64,000 nucleotides of DNA from Rhodocyclaceae bacterium (GCA_003963315.1 RXJP01000035.1:14802-78801); one strand, 5' to 3'. Numbered from the stretch's first letter, positions 34,715 to 44,339 are shown. The notes: generated by a model from the letters alone, not told the origin. Translations and numbers: made by a program.

Positions 34715-34858
34715 CTTAACCCAATTAACTGTCCAACTTTTTGGGGTCAGTTCATTCGGACTGGGCTTTTTGTTTGCGGCGCTGGCAGTGAAGGGGAAAG
34801 AGATATCGCGCCTAAAACTATCCCGCTTCCGTTCGGCTATCTGAAACCCTCACGGGGC

Positions 34859-35335
34859 TCAGAAAAAGACCTTCACATAGGACCACACACTCTTGGCCGT
34901 AAGAATCAGGATGATCAGGAAAAGCACCAACTTGCTGGTCAGCGCGCCGTAGATAATTCCGAAAACGGTATTTTCCTCATGGCGACGGTGGGGGCGGGCG
35001 GTTATAGGCTTGTCCGTATAACGGCGCCCCTTCTGGGCTTGGTTGCTCCACGCATTGTCCGCCTCGCTGCGTTCATCACGATCCAGCTTCAACTGCGCAT
35101 CACGCAGGCTGATTTTAAGTTTCTCGCTCAAGTCGATCGCCTGACGAATCTTGTTGACCTTGGCCAGCCAAAGCAATTCCGCGCCGATTTCCATGGGCAG
35201 CCCCTTCCTTGATCCATCGCGGGCATCCATCACCAAGGTGTTGATATAGGTTTCCAATTCCGGATGGCCCCAGATCGCACAAACCCTTTTACTCAGGTGC
35301 GGGATACTCTCAAGCGCGGATTGGACATCGGTCAT
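34859..35335 (-). CDS. Hypothetical protein with C-terminal TM anchor
   Basis: 158 aa, MTDVQSALESIPHLSKRVCAIWGHPELETYINTLVMDARDGSRKGLPMEIG... with a C-terminal hydrophobic segment LVLFLIILILTA. No family recognised. Confidence 0.6.
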   Translation of the reverse strand: MTDVQSALESIPHLSKRVCAIWGHPELETYINTLVMDARDGSRKGLPMEIGAELLWLAKVNKIRQAIDLSEKLKISLRDAQLKLDRDERSEADNAWSNQAQKGRRYTDKPITARPHRRHEENTVFGIIYGALTSKLVLFLIILILTAKSVWSYVKVFF

Positions 35336-35469
35336 AACGCTGTGTGTTCATGGGTCACAAGGTGAAACAAGTTTACCCCACGCTTCACAGCCATCACCAC
35401 CCCCAAATGGGATTTGCATCGCTCCGGAATGTCAGGCGACAGACAACAACTTCTCCTTACAATGCCTTG

Positions 35470-35730
35470 ATGGGGCTCTTTATTTTTCTGATTATCATGC
35501 TGGCCGTTGCCTGGGGTGTTTCCCTGCAATTCGGCGCAGAGCCAAACCAACCGCCCGAGGTTCCAACCATCCAGCAAGCCGGCCAGCCGGCGCCGCAGCC
35601 AGCGCCACCGGCAGAAGTCACGTCTATGGCCAACACAACCCCTGTCGCCGAAGGAAAGACGCCAGCCTTGGCTGCCGACGAGCGTCCCACCCCACCGCAA
35701 GACAGCCCGCCCAGGGATCTGGACCACTAA
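35470..35730 (+). CDS. Possible small Pro-rich membrane-anchored protein
   Basis: MGLFIFLIIMLAVAWGV then a Pro/Ala/Gln-rich tail. Divergent from 34859-35335. The coding status is weakly supported. Confidence 0.35.
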   Translation: MGLFIFLIIMLAVAWGVSLQFGAEPNQPPEVPTIQQAGQPAPQPAPPAEVTSMANTTPVAEGKTPALAADERPTPPQDSPPRDLDH

Positions 35731-35743
35731 CACCCCGTCAAAT

Positions 35744-36934
35744 TCAGAACACCATGTCGTAGCTGACGGATAGCAGCCTGGCGTTGCCAAAAGGCACGCT
35801 GTTGCCGCTGGCATTGGCATTGAAGGCGGAACCGCTGTCGTCCCGCCAACGCTCCAACTGGGCCTTTACCGCACTGGTGGGCGTCAAGTCGTAACGCAGG
35901 GAGAACGCCAGGGTGGACCACCGTTCAGCCGCCAGGGGGTCGATGCTTGCGGGATCAATCACTGTCGGATCCGCGGCATGGGGGGATAGGCGCATCCGGT
36001 ACCGGTTGTACGTCAGCATGGGCAGGTACGGGCCAATGCGGTAGCCCACGCCGAGCAGGAAGGAGTAATCCTCCTCTCCCATGGGCTTGCGGTCCATGTA
36101 GAGGTACTCGTTGCGCACGACCCAATTGCGCTGGTCCACGGAGAAGGAGAGCGCATAGATTTTCTGCGCAGCCTTCGGTGAATACCCATAAGGTGGAGGG
36201 ATGGTCGGATCTTCGAAACGGTTCTGAATATCGGATTGGATATAAGCCGCCCGCACTTCGACCCAGTCCCTGGCCAGGGTCATATCCGCGCCGCGGATAT
36301 TGCTCCAGCGTGAATCGGTGCGGGTGTCTTTGCCGTTGTAGATTTTTTGATAGGGGTTGTCCCTGCGGGTTTCTCCACCGGCGAAGAAATTCATGCTTGA
36401 CGACCATCCGCCCCATTGGTCACGATAGAGCAGGTTGGCGCCGTTGTAATTGACGATTTCCCAGCCGTATTGTCCCGGCGGCAAGTGAACCCAAGGGTAA
36501 GCCAGCCCCACGTCCTGGGTTTCCGAGTAGTAGAAAAGCGGCAGACGCTTGCGGCCCAACTGGAAAGTCAAACGGTCATCAATAACATAGTTGAGATAGG
36601 CCCACTCAAGATTGAATTGACCGTCCCGCGCCCCCCGCGCCACTGCTTGGCCGGTCACCGAGAAATGGGGATTGAAGGCGGCCGTGCCCTGCAAGCCCAA
36701 TTTCGAGTCGGGTTTCAGTGTCCATCCTCCGCGCTGGTAGATACCGCCTTGGCCGTAGTCAGAAACGAACATGGGCGCCCGGTAGCCATTGAAATCCTGC
36801 GCACCGTCGCCGCCCAACACCTTGCCCGCGGCGACGGTCAAAAATCCGGAACCGGAAAACTCGACACCGCCGTCATTTGCCTGTGCAGTGGCAGCGGAAA
36901 CGGCCCACACACATCCCAATACAAGTTTTCTCAT
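35744..36934 (-). CDS. Uncharacterised outer-membrane beta-barrel (porin-like), paralog of 39767-41050
   Basis: 396 aa from the ATG 36934. Signal peptide MRKLVLGCVWAVSAATAQA, alternating beta pattern and C-terminal ...LLSVSYDMVF. It shares LEWAYLNY...LGRKRLP.FYY...PP.QY blocks with the second copy. Confidence 0.75.
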   Translation of the reverse strand: MRKLVLGCVWAVSAATAQANDGGVEFSGSGFLTVAAGKVLGGDGAQDFNGYRAPMFVSDYGQGGIYQRGGWTLKPDSKLGLQGTAAFNPHFSVTGQAVARGARDGQFNLEWAYLNYVIDDRLTFQLGRKRLPLFYYSETQDVGLAYPWVHLPPGQYGWEIVNYNGANLLYRDQWGGWSSSMNFFAGGETRRDNPYQKIYNGKDTRTDSRWSNIRGADMTLARDWVEVRAAYIQSDIQNRFEDPTIPPPYGYSPKAAQKIYALSFSVDQRNWVVRNEYLYMDRKPMGEEDYSFLLGVGYRIGPYLPMLTYNRYRMRLSPHAADPTVIDPASIDPLAAERWSTLAFSLRYDLTPTSAVKAQLERWRDDSGSAFNANASGNSVPFGNARLLSVSYDMVF

Positions 36935-36944
36935 TCTGTTCTGT

Positions 36945-39332
36945 TCAGGACAACATGGTGTCGACGCGGGCTGACACTTGCCGAAATTCCTCGATCGGTA
37001 CCGGTTTGGAAAAATAATAGCCCTGGCCGTAACGGCAGCCCATGGCCCGTAGTAGGTCGAGTTGCTCCACGGTTTCAACCCCTTCGGCAACCACCGACAT
37101 GCTGAGGCTTTTCGCCATCGCCACCACGGCCTCCACCAGGGCGCGGTCGCTGGGGTCGTTATGCATGTCGCGGACGAAGGACTTGTCCACCTTGACCGAA
37201 CTGACGGGGAAGCGCTTGAGGTAGGACAACGAGGAATAGCCGGTGCCGAAATCGTCGAGATAGAAGTGCAGGCCCAATTCGCGCACCGCGGCGAGCCATT
37301 GCTGCGCCTTGCTGACGTCGGTCAGCAACACCCCCTCGGTGATTTCCAGGACCAACCGCCAGGGCTCGATGCCATGGCGGGCGATGGCATCGGCCAAGGC
37401 CTGGGGCGGCAGCCCGTCGGGGATCTGGCGCCCGGAGACGTTGAGCGACATGTACAGGTCCAGTCCCTCAGCTTGCCAAACAGCCAATTGGCGGCAAGCG
37501 GTTTCCAGCCCCCACAGGCCGATATCGACGATGAATCCGGTTTCCTCGGCCACGGGAATGAAGGCATCCGGCGGCACCAGGCCTTTTTCCGCATGCTGCC
37601 AGCGAATGAGGGCCTCGACGCCAGCCAGTCGGTTTTCCTGGAGGTCGATAATCGGCTGGTAGAACAGGCGGAATTCATCGCGGCGCAAGGCCAACTGCAT
37701 GTCGGTTTCCAGGGCGCGGCGGCGGGCGGCGGCCTCGGCCATGGCGGGATCATAGAAGGTATAGCGGTTACCGTCGCCGAGCTTGGCGCGATCCAGGGCC
37801 AGCTCCGCATTGCGCAGCAAGGTGGGCATGTCCACGCCATCGTTCGGGAAAATAGTGATGCCTACGCTGGCGCCCAATTGGATCGGATTGGCATGTTCGT
37901 CATAACTGCGGGCCAGGGTGCGGACAATGCGTTCGCCGATATTCGCGGCCATGGCCTCCTCCTCCACCTTGGGCAGGATGACGGCGAATTCGTCGCCGCC
38001 GATACGGGCCACGGTGTCGGAAGTCTTGATGCAGGACTGCAGGCGGCCGGCGGCCGACTTCAGGATCAGGTCGCCCACAGGCAGACCCAACGCATCGTTG
38101 ATGCGCTTGAATCCATCGAGATCCACCAGCATCAACGTAAAACCTCCCGCCGTCGCACCGTCGTGCTGCCGAATCGCCGTCTGCAGATGCGCCTCCAGCC
38201 CAGGCCGGTTGGCCACTCCGGTCAATGGATCGGTCACTGCCTGACGGCGGGCCATATCCTCGGACAACTTGCGTTCGGTGACATCGGAGACGACGCCTTG
38301 CGCCATACCGCCACCGACGCTGGAAAGTCCGACATTGAGCCAGCGCGCCATGCCGTCGTCCGGCGTGAACTCGAGATCCGCAGCGGTGACAGCCTTGCCA
38401 TCGATGCAGTCGGCAATCAGTCCTTGCAAATCCTCGGGCCGGCTCCAGGCCAGATCGATCAGCCGGACCTGGGCTGTCTCAACATCCCCGGGTAGCCTGA
38501 GCAAGCGCGCCAAGGCCGGGTTGGAAGAGCTGATGCAACCGTTCCGGTCGGCGGTGAAAATCCCGGTTTCGGCATTGTCGAAAATGGCGCGGTATTTCTT
38601 TTCCTCAATAGTGTGCAGGAGCCGGATTTCCCGTTCGTCCTTGAGGGACACCACCAACTGGTCGGCCATCCCGTTGATGTCCTCGACCAAGCGGCCAAGC
38701 TCGCTGCCCACATAGCCCCGGGGTATTTGCAAGCGGTCGCCGGAAATCGGGTCCATCCGGTGCAAACGGTCGGACATGCCCTTGATCGGGCGCACGATCA
38801 ATTTCAGCATGACGGCGACGATGACCACAACCACGGAGGCCAACTGAAGCCACAGCAAGAAGCCGACGAAGCGGGCTTCATCGTCCACGGCGCGGTCGAA
38901 GGTCTTGGGGTCGGGATCGAGCACGATTTTCCCGACAGGCACGTCGGGGCTGAAAGGGGAGTGGATCACCCGTATCTGCCGGCCGGATTGGGCCCGTTTC
39001 AGATCCGCCGGCGACACGCCGCTGCGATAATTGCGGGCCAGTTCGTTGCTATTGCCGCTGATGCTGACGCCCAGGACGCCGCTGTTCTTCATCAAGCCGT
39101 TGGCCACTTCCTTCGCCAGGCTTTCATCCTGGACAAAGCAGGCGATACTGACTGTGCTCTCTACGGTATCGAGCAATTCGCTGAGGCGGGTGGTCGTCTG
39201 CGTTTCGACGCGGCTCTTGGTACTGAAGACGGTACCGCCGATAAACAGCATCCCGACAAAAATACCGCTGCCCACCACGGCAACGACGGCGAGATAAATC
39301 AGGCTTTGGCGCCAGTCGCGCAGTTTCACCAT
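36945..39332 (-). CDS. Membrane sensor with HAMP-PAS-GGDEF-EAL domains (c-di-GMP turnover)
   Basis: 795 aa with an N-terminal TM, a periplasmic segment and a second TM. GGDEF motif in RIGGDEFAV, EAL motif in EALIRWQH, and DDFGTGYSSLSYL. Confidence 0.9.
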   Translation of the reverse strand: MVKLRDWRQSLIYLAVVAVVGSGIFVGMLFIGGTVFSTKSRVETQTTTRLSELLDTVESTVSIACFVQDESLAKEVANGLMKNSGVLGVSISGNSNELARNYRSGVSPADLKRAQSGRQIRVIHSPFSPDVPVGKIVLDPDPKTFDRAVDDEARFVGFLLWLQLASVVVVIVAVMLKLIVRPIKGMSDRLHRMDPISGDRLQIPRGYVGSELGRLVEDINGMADQLVVSLKDEREIRLLHTIEEKKYRAIFDNAETGIFTADRNGCISSSNPALARLLRLPGDVETAQVRLIDLAWSRPEDLQGLIADCIDGKAVTAADLEFTPDDGMARWLNVGLSSVGGGMAQGVVSDVTERKLSEDMARRQAVTDPLTGVANRPGLEAHLQTAIRQHDGATAGGFTLMLVDLDGFKRINDALGLPVGDLILKSAAGRLQSCIKTSDTVARIGGDEFAVILPKVEEEAMAANIGERIVRTLARSYDEHANPIQLGASVGITIFPNDGVDMPTLLRNAELALDRAKLGDGNRYTFYDPAMAEAAARRRALETDMQLALRRDEFRLFYQPIIDLQENRLAGVEALIRWQHAEKGLVPPDAFIPVAEETGFIVDIGLWGLETACRQLAVWQAEGLDLYMSLNVSGRQIPDGLPPQALADAIARHGIEPWRLVLEITEGVLLTDVSKAQQWLAAVRELGLHFYLDDFGTGYSSLSYLKRFPVSSVKVDKSFVRDMHNDPSDRALVEAVVAMAKSLSMSVVAEGVETVEQLDLLRAMGCRYGQGYYFSKPVPIEEFRQVSARVDTMLS

Positions 39333-39335
39333 GGC

Positions 39336-39764
39336 TCAGGGCGAGAATTCGTAAACGATTTTGACGCGCCCATCGGCCCTCGCCCGATCGACATAGCCGA
39401 TCGCGCCCTGGGTGCCGGCCACCCAACTGACCAGATCGTCATTGCCTACCGCCTGCCTGGGCGGCACGGTACGGCCGGAAAAGACCAGGCGCGCCCAGTA
39501 GGCGTTGATTTCGGCCAGTTCCTTGTTGACCAACTGGCGATAAAAAACGGCTTTCTCGGGCTGGCTCGACGGCAGGTCGGCGGGCAATGCGGAGAGGCCG
39601 GAGGGTAGCTGGCGGAAGCGGCCGAGGAAGATGTTCACCACTTCGTCGCGGCTGAGTCTGTCCACGCCGGCCCTGGGATTGGCAATGACAACCACATCCG
39701 CCGCGGCGTCCGGTGGCGGCAGCAGTGCGCAGAGTGCCAACAGGAGCAGGTATCGCCGCATCAT
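39336..39764 (-). CDS. Small periplasmic PBP-like (PstS/phosphate-binding-fold) protein
   Basis: 142 aa from the ATG 39764. Signal peptide MMRRYLLLLALCALLPPPDAAA. ...VVVIANPRAGVDRLSRDEVVNIFLGRF...YWARLVFSGR...GAIGYV resembles single-lobe PstS-like proteins. There is a 3-nt gap to the downstream sensor. Confidence 0.7.
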   Translation of the reverse strand: MMRRYLLLLALCALLPPPDAAADVVVIANPRAGVDRLSRDEVVNIFLGRFRQLPSGLSALPADLPSSQPEKAVFYRQLVNKELAEINAYWARLVFSGRTVPPRQAVGNDDLVSWVAGTQGAIGYVDRARADGRVKIVYEFSP

Positions 39765-39766
39765 GG

Positions 39767-41050
39767 TCAGAAGACGAAATCCAAGGCCAGGCTGACTATG
39801 TTCAGCCGGCCATTGTAGTTCGGCTGCTCCCACCGGGTCGGGAAGATCGACCGGGGCGAACCGCGTACGGCGTCCAGCTGGGCCTTCAAGGCCATGTCCT
39901 GCCGGAAGTCCCAACGTAGGCCAAGGGTGGCGGTATGCTGATCACTGTGGGAATCGGCCATGATGCCGGCCACCGTCGCATCCATGACCGGGCCGAGGCC
40001 GGTGCTGAGTTGCTTGGACGAGGATCGCGTCCATGAGAAACCGGCGAAGGGTGTCACCTTGTTCAGCCGGTAACCGGCGATCAGATAGCCGGCATGGGAA
40101 TTCTCGAAAACCTTGCTGTCGTGCTGTGTCCGGCTAAGCATCAACTGCACTTGCAAGGGCCCGCTATCATAAACGGCGCCCGCGGAATAGAAGCGACTGA
40201 GCTTGTCTGCCATGGACAAGGCCTTTGAGGCATCCATCGCTCCATTGAGCTCCAGCAGTTGGTGGAGGTCGGCCAGGGGTAGATCCTTCTTGAACTTGAC
40301 CTGGGCATAGCCCAACCGCCACTGCCAGGCGCCCTGTTGATAGTCGACATAAGCACCGCTCATGACGGATCGGTTCATGTCCCACTGGCGGTTCGCCAGG
40401 GGTGCCTTCTCGCGGATCAAGCCGGCGAACAACTTACTCCGCAGCAGGCCCTCTCCCAAGGGCAGGGTCGCCAGACCGTCGGCGCCATCGATATAGGAAA
40501 ACGGCAGCGCCCCATAGTAGTCGTTCGGCGGCCGGATCGGCAGATAAGAGTAGCCCACCAAACGGGAGTCGGCGAGCATGTAGAACTCGGTGCCCAAGCG
40601 TCCGCCGCGCAGGCTGAGATTGGGGTTCGGCTCGAATTTGAGAAAGGCCCAGGTCAACTCTGGGTCATGGCTGCCGTCATAACGGTAGCGGCTGACGGCC
40701 TGGGCAACGGCTTCCAAATTTTCGGCAGCGGGGAAATTGGCCTGGAGGCCGAGGACGGAATCGGTTTTGGCCGACCAATGGGTGGACAAGCCATCCGGCT
40801 GGGAGAGGTCGCGGACGAATTCAGCCTGGCTGGAGGAAGAACGGGCCAATCCCAAGGTGCCGAACCCCCGCAGCGAAAATTCACCGCCCTCGCTTGTGAC
40901 ATCCCCTGCCTGGGCCGCAGTCGAGACGGCGAGAACAACGGCAGCGACCGAAGCCCGCCGTGTCCACCATGGGAGCGGCTTCCTTAACAGACGGGAGAAG
41001 CATCCACTGCCCCGGCCTGCACCGGAAGTATTGTATGAATCCTTTGTCAT
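39767..41050 (-). CDS. Uncharacterised outer-membrane beta-barrel (porin-like), paralog of 35744-36934
   Basis: 427 aa with signal region ASVAAVVLAVSTAAQA and C-terminal ...IVSLALDFVF. There is a 2-nt gap to the PBP-like gene. Confidence 0.75.
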   Translation of the reverse strand: MTKDSYNTSGAGRGSGCFSRLLRKPLPWWTRRASVAAVVLAVSTAAQAGDVTSEGGEFSLRGFGTLGLARSSSSQAEFVRDLSQPDGLSTHWSAKTDSVLGLQANFPAAENLEAVAQAVSRYRYDGSHDPELTWAFLKFEPNPNLSLRGGRLGTEFYMLADSRLVGYSYLPIRPPNDYYGALPFSYIDGADGLATLPLGEGLLRSKLFAGLIREKAPLANRQWDMNRSVMSGAYVDYQQGAWQWRLGYAQVKFKKDLPLADLHQLLELNGAMDASKALSMADKLSRFYSAGAVYDSGPLQVQLMLSRTQHDSKVFENSHAGYLIAGYRLNKVTPFAGFSWTRSSSKQLSTGLGPVMDATVAGIMADSHSDQHTATLGLRWDFRQDMALKAQLDAVRGSPRSIFPTRWEQPNYNGRLNIVSLALDFVF

Positions 41051-41174
41051 GCCCTGTTTTCCGGAATTTCCAGGCCTGCTGCGTGGAATGAGGGGAGCAG
41101 CCCACCTTTAAAGACCCGGGCCAGTGTAACAAATTAGCCTGAACGCCCCCTTGCCTTCCGCCACCCAAGCCCCG

Positions 41175-41531
41175 CTATTGCTGCAATTTCCGCAACTCGA
41201 CCAAGGCCTGAGTCACCCGATCTGTCGCCTCGGGCAAGACCTGCTCCAACACGGCCACGGCTTCCGTGGCATCGCCAGCCCGATGAAGGCGCACCACCTC
41301 GCCGGCGACCGCATGGAAATGATCGTGGGCGGCCAATAAAGCGGAAAATCCTGGCGAGGCCGCATATTGCCTGCCGCCATCAAGCAACCACTGCCCCAAT
41401 TCGCAAGCGGTGCTGTCGGCGGCGAGCTCCGCCGTCAATCCCTGCTCACCGATGCCAAGCACATACAACTTCAATCGCGTCATCCAGATGGCGTGACGGG
41501 CCAAGGCAAGATCAAAGTCATAGGTAGTCAT
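41175..41531 (-). CDS. Stand-alone CZB (chemoreceptor zinc-binding) domain protein
   Basis: 118 aa, ...ARHAIWMTRLKLYV...STACELGQWL...AHDHFHAVAGEVV carries the H-x3-W...C...HxxxH CZB signature. Confidence 0.75.
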   Translation of the reverse strand: MTTYDFDLALARHAIWMTRLKLYVLGIGEQGLTAELAADSTACELGQWLLDGGRQYAASPGFSALLAAHDHFHAVAGEVVRLHRAGDATEAVAVLEQVLPEATDRVTQALVELRKLQQ

Positions 41532-41610
41532 GGCAAGCCCTCCCTGGATTCAGCTACGTTGAAGCTTATTCCCGCCCTCCGACCATCGCGTGATCCACGT
41601 CAACAGCATG

Positions 41611-41648
41611 CAAGAAGGCCCTGCCGGTTGCCCGGCAGGGCCTTCTTG
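41611..41648 (-). terminator. 17-bp perfect hairpin after the spoT-DUF3460 unit
   Basis: CAAGAAGGCCCTGCCGG-TTGC-CCGGCAGGGCCTTCTTG, 12 nt past the DUF3460 stop. There is no clear T-run. Confidence 0.5.
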
Positions 41649-41659
41649 GAAAACGTTAT

Positions 41660-41848
41660 TCAGTTGGCGTCGTAGTAATAGGCTTTGTTGGGCACTTGAG
41701 CCTCGCTCTGCCGCTTGGCTTCTGCCAGGGGCACGGGAGCCTTGTCCCACCACAGGGCACGGCCGGCTTTCTGTTCCTTCACTTCTTCGGGGTGGGCCTT
41801 GAGCCATTCGCGGATGAATTTGGTGTGTTCGGATTCGTAGAGTGCCAT
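41660..41848 (-). CDS. DUF3460-like small protein
   Basis: 62 aa MALYESEHTKFIREWLKAHPEEVKEQKAGRALWWDK... is conserved in betaproteobacteria (family call from memory). Confidence 0.7.
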   Translation of the reverse strand: MALYESEHTKFIREWLKAHPEEVKEQKAGRALWWDKAPVPLAEAKRQSEAQVPNKAYYYDAN

Positions 41849-41864
41849 GGTTGTCTTCCTTGAA

Positions 41865-44081
41865 TTACTGACGGGGGATGGAGTCCTTGAGCCGCGCCAG
41901 GCGGATCACTTCCGGGATGCAGCGCAGTGCGCGCATGATACGGGCGAGGTGGGCGCGATGGTTCACTTCCAAAGTGAAATAGACCAGGGAGGTGGTGCTG
42001 TGATCTTCCTCCACGCGCACGTCGATGATGTTGGACTGGCTGTCGGAAATGGCCAGGGCCAGCTTGGCCAGCACACCACGGCGGTTGTGCACCAGAACAC
42101 GGATGCCCACCTGGAACATCCGCTCAACGCCGGCTTCCCATTCCACATCCACCCATTCCTGTTTGTCGCCGTGACGCAGGCGGGCGATGGCGGGACAGTC
42201 ATGGGTATGCACCGATAGGCCGCGTCCCTTACGGATCAGCCCGATGATGGGGTCGCCGGGAATGGGGTGGCAACAGGTCGCGAGTTGCACGGCCATGCCC
42301 TCGCTGCCACGGATGAGGATGGGTCCCTGGGACTTGACGGTCTCCGCCGGTACGGACCCGCTACGCGTATCCAGCAGGCTGCGGGCCACCACCGCCGGCA
42401 GGCGCTTACCGAGACCGATATCGGTGAGCACGTCGGCCTTGGTCTTGCCGCCGTTTTCCTTTAGGAATTTCTCCCAGGCAGCGGGATCCACGGCGGGCAG
42501 GTTGGTGCCCAGTTCACTCAAGGCGCGGGCCAACAAACGCTCGCCGAGGGCGCCGGCCTGCTCCTGCTGCTGGGTCTTGAGGAAATGACGGATGCGGGAG
42601 CGGGCGCGGCTGCTGCGCACATAACTCAACCAGGCGGGATTGGGGCTGGCCTGGGGTGCAGTGATGATTTCCACCCGGTCGCCGTTGCGCAACTCGGTGC
42701 GCAGGGGCATCAATTCCAGGTTGATGCGACAGGCCACGCAACGGTTGCCCACATCGGTGTGGATGGCGTAAGCGAAATCCACCGCCGTGGCGCCCCGGGG
42801 CAGGCTGATGATCTTGCCCTTGGGGGTGAATACGTACACCTCGCTGGAGAGCAGATCCACCTTCACATGTTCGAGAAACTCCGCCGAGTCGCCGGAGGCG
42901 GATTGCAGTTCCAACAGGGATTGAAGCCACTTGTGGGTGCGCCGCTGCAATTCTGAAAGGGCTTCGTCGTCCTTGTACAGCCAGTGGGAGGCGACGCCGG
43001 TTTCCGCCACATGGTTCATCTCGGCGGTGCGCACCTGCATTTCCACCGGGGTGCCGTAGGGGCCGATCAGGGTGGTGTGCAGGGATTGGTAACCGTTGGC
43101 CTTGGGAATGGCGATGTAGTCCTTGAACTTGCCCGGCACCGGCTTGTAGAGGCTGTGCAGCGCGCCCAGGGTGAGGTAACAGGTGGGTACGTCCTTGACC
43201 ACGATGCGGAAGCCGTAGATGTCCAGCACCTGGGAGAAGGTGAGATGCTTGTCCAGCATCTTGCGGTAGATGCCGTAGAGGTGCTTCTCCCGTCCGCTCA
43301 CTTCGGCGTCGATACCAGCAGCAGGCAGCGCTTTTTTCAATGTGGTGAGGATTTTTCCCACCACCTCGCGACGGTTGCCCCGGGCGGCCTTGACCGCTTT
43401 CTCCAACACCCGATAACGCATGGGATAGAGATGGCGGAAGGAATACTCCTGCAACTCCCGGTAGAGCTTATTGAGGCCCAGCCGGTTGGCGATGGGGGCG
43501 TAGATTTCCAAGGTCTCCCGGGCGATGCGGCGGCGCTTGTCGGGCCGGATCACGTCCAGGGTGCTCATGTTGTGCAGGCGGTCGGCCAGCTTGATGAGGA
43601 TAACGCGCACGTCCCGCGCCATGGCCAGCAGCATCTTGCGGTAGTTCTCGGCCTGGGCCTGCTCGTAGGTCTGGTGTTCCAGCCGATCCAGCTTGGAGAC
43701 GCCATCCACCAGCTCGGCGGCGGATTTACCGAAGCGCTCGGCGATCTCCTCCTTGGTGATCTCGGTGTCCTCCATCACGTCGTGGAGGAGGGCGGCAATC
43801 ACGGCCTGCACATCCAACTGCCAGTGGGCGAGGTGGGTGGCGACGGCCAGGGGATGGGAGATGTAGGGCTCGCCGCTGATGCGGTACTGGCCCTGGTGGG
43901 CGGCCTCGCCGAACAGGTAGGCGGCGCCTACCTTGGCGATGTCTTCCGGGGAAAGATAGGTGGCGAGCTGGGCGTTGAAAGCCGCCAGCTCAGCCGATGC
44001 ATCCTTGGCGGGGGCCAGCTCCCGGCCCGAAAAGGGCCGTTTGGAAGCGGTGGCGATGGAGGACGGCAACACCGTAGCCAT
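41865..44081 (-). CDS. spoT: Bifunctional (p)ppGpp synthetase/hydrolase SpoT/RelA homolog
   Basis: 738 aa with an HD domain (HPLAVA..LLHDVMEDT), a RelA/SpoT synthetase domain, and TGS and ACT domains. Confidence 0.93.
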   Translation of the reverse strand: MATVLPSSIATASKRPFSGRELAPAKDASAELAAFNAQLATYLSPEDIAKVGAAYLFGEAAHQGQYRISGEPYISHPLAVATHLAHWQLDVQAVIAALLHDVMEDTEITKEEIAERFGKSAAELVDGVSKLDRLEHQTYEQAQAENYRKMLLAMARDVRVILIKLADRLHNMSTLDVIRPDKRRRIARETLEIYAPIANRLGLNKLYRELQEYSFRHLYPMRYRVLEKAVKAARGNRREVVGKILTTLKKALPAAGIDAEVSGREKHLYGIYRKMLDKHLTFSQVLDIYGFRIVVKDVPTCYLTLGALHSLYKPVPGKFKDYIAIPKANGYQSLHTTLIGPYGTPVEMQVRTAEMNHVAETGVASHWLYKDDEALSELQRRTHKWLQSLLELQSASGDSAEFLEHVKVDLLSSEVYVFTPKGKIISLPRGATAVDFAYAIHTDVGNRCVACRINLELMPLRTELRNGDRVEIITAPQASPNPAWLSYVRSSRARSRIRHFLKTQQQEQAGALGERLLARALSELGTNLPAVDPAAWEKFLKENGGKTKADVLTDIGLGKRLPAVVARSLLDTRSGSVPAETVKSQGPILIRGSEGMAVQLATCCHPIPGDPIIGLIRKGRGLSVHTHDCPAIARLRHGDKQEWVDVEWEAGVERMFQVGIRVLVHNRRGVLAKLALAISDSQSNIIDVRVEEDHSTTSLVYFTLEVNHRAHLARIMRALRCIPEVIRLARLKDSIPRQ

Positions 44082-44112
44082 GGGTTCCGTCCATCCGGTT
44101 CAAGTCAGCGGC

Positions 44113-44319
44113 TCAGGACTGGCTTCGGGTCAGGATTTCAATGCCCACCTTGCCAACCGCCATTTCGCGCAGGGCCACTACGGTGGGCTTGTCGCGGCCG
44201 GCTTCCACCAAGGGTGTGCTGCCGGTGGCGAGCTGGCGGGCGCGGGTAGCGGCCACCAGGGTCAGTTGGAAGCGGTTGGGGATGTGCTTGAGGCAATCGT
44301 CTACGGTCACGCGGGCCAT
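44113..44319 (-). CDS. rpoZ: DNA-directed RNA polymerase subunit omega
   Basis: [30 protein letters not shown]... Confidence 0.93.
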   Translation of the reverse strand: MARVTVDDCLKHIPNRFQLTLVAATRARQLATGSTPLVEAGRDKPTVVALREMAVGKVGIEILTRSQS

Positions 44320-44339
44320 GGTGGGTCCTTTGCTATGAA

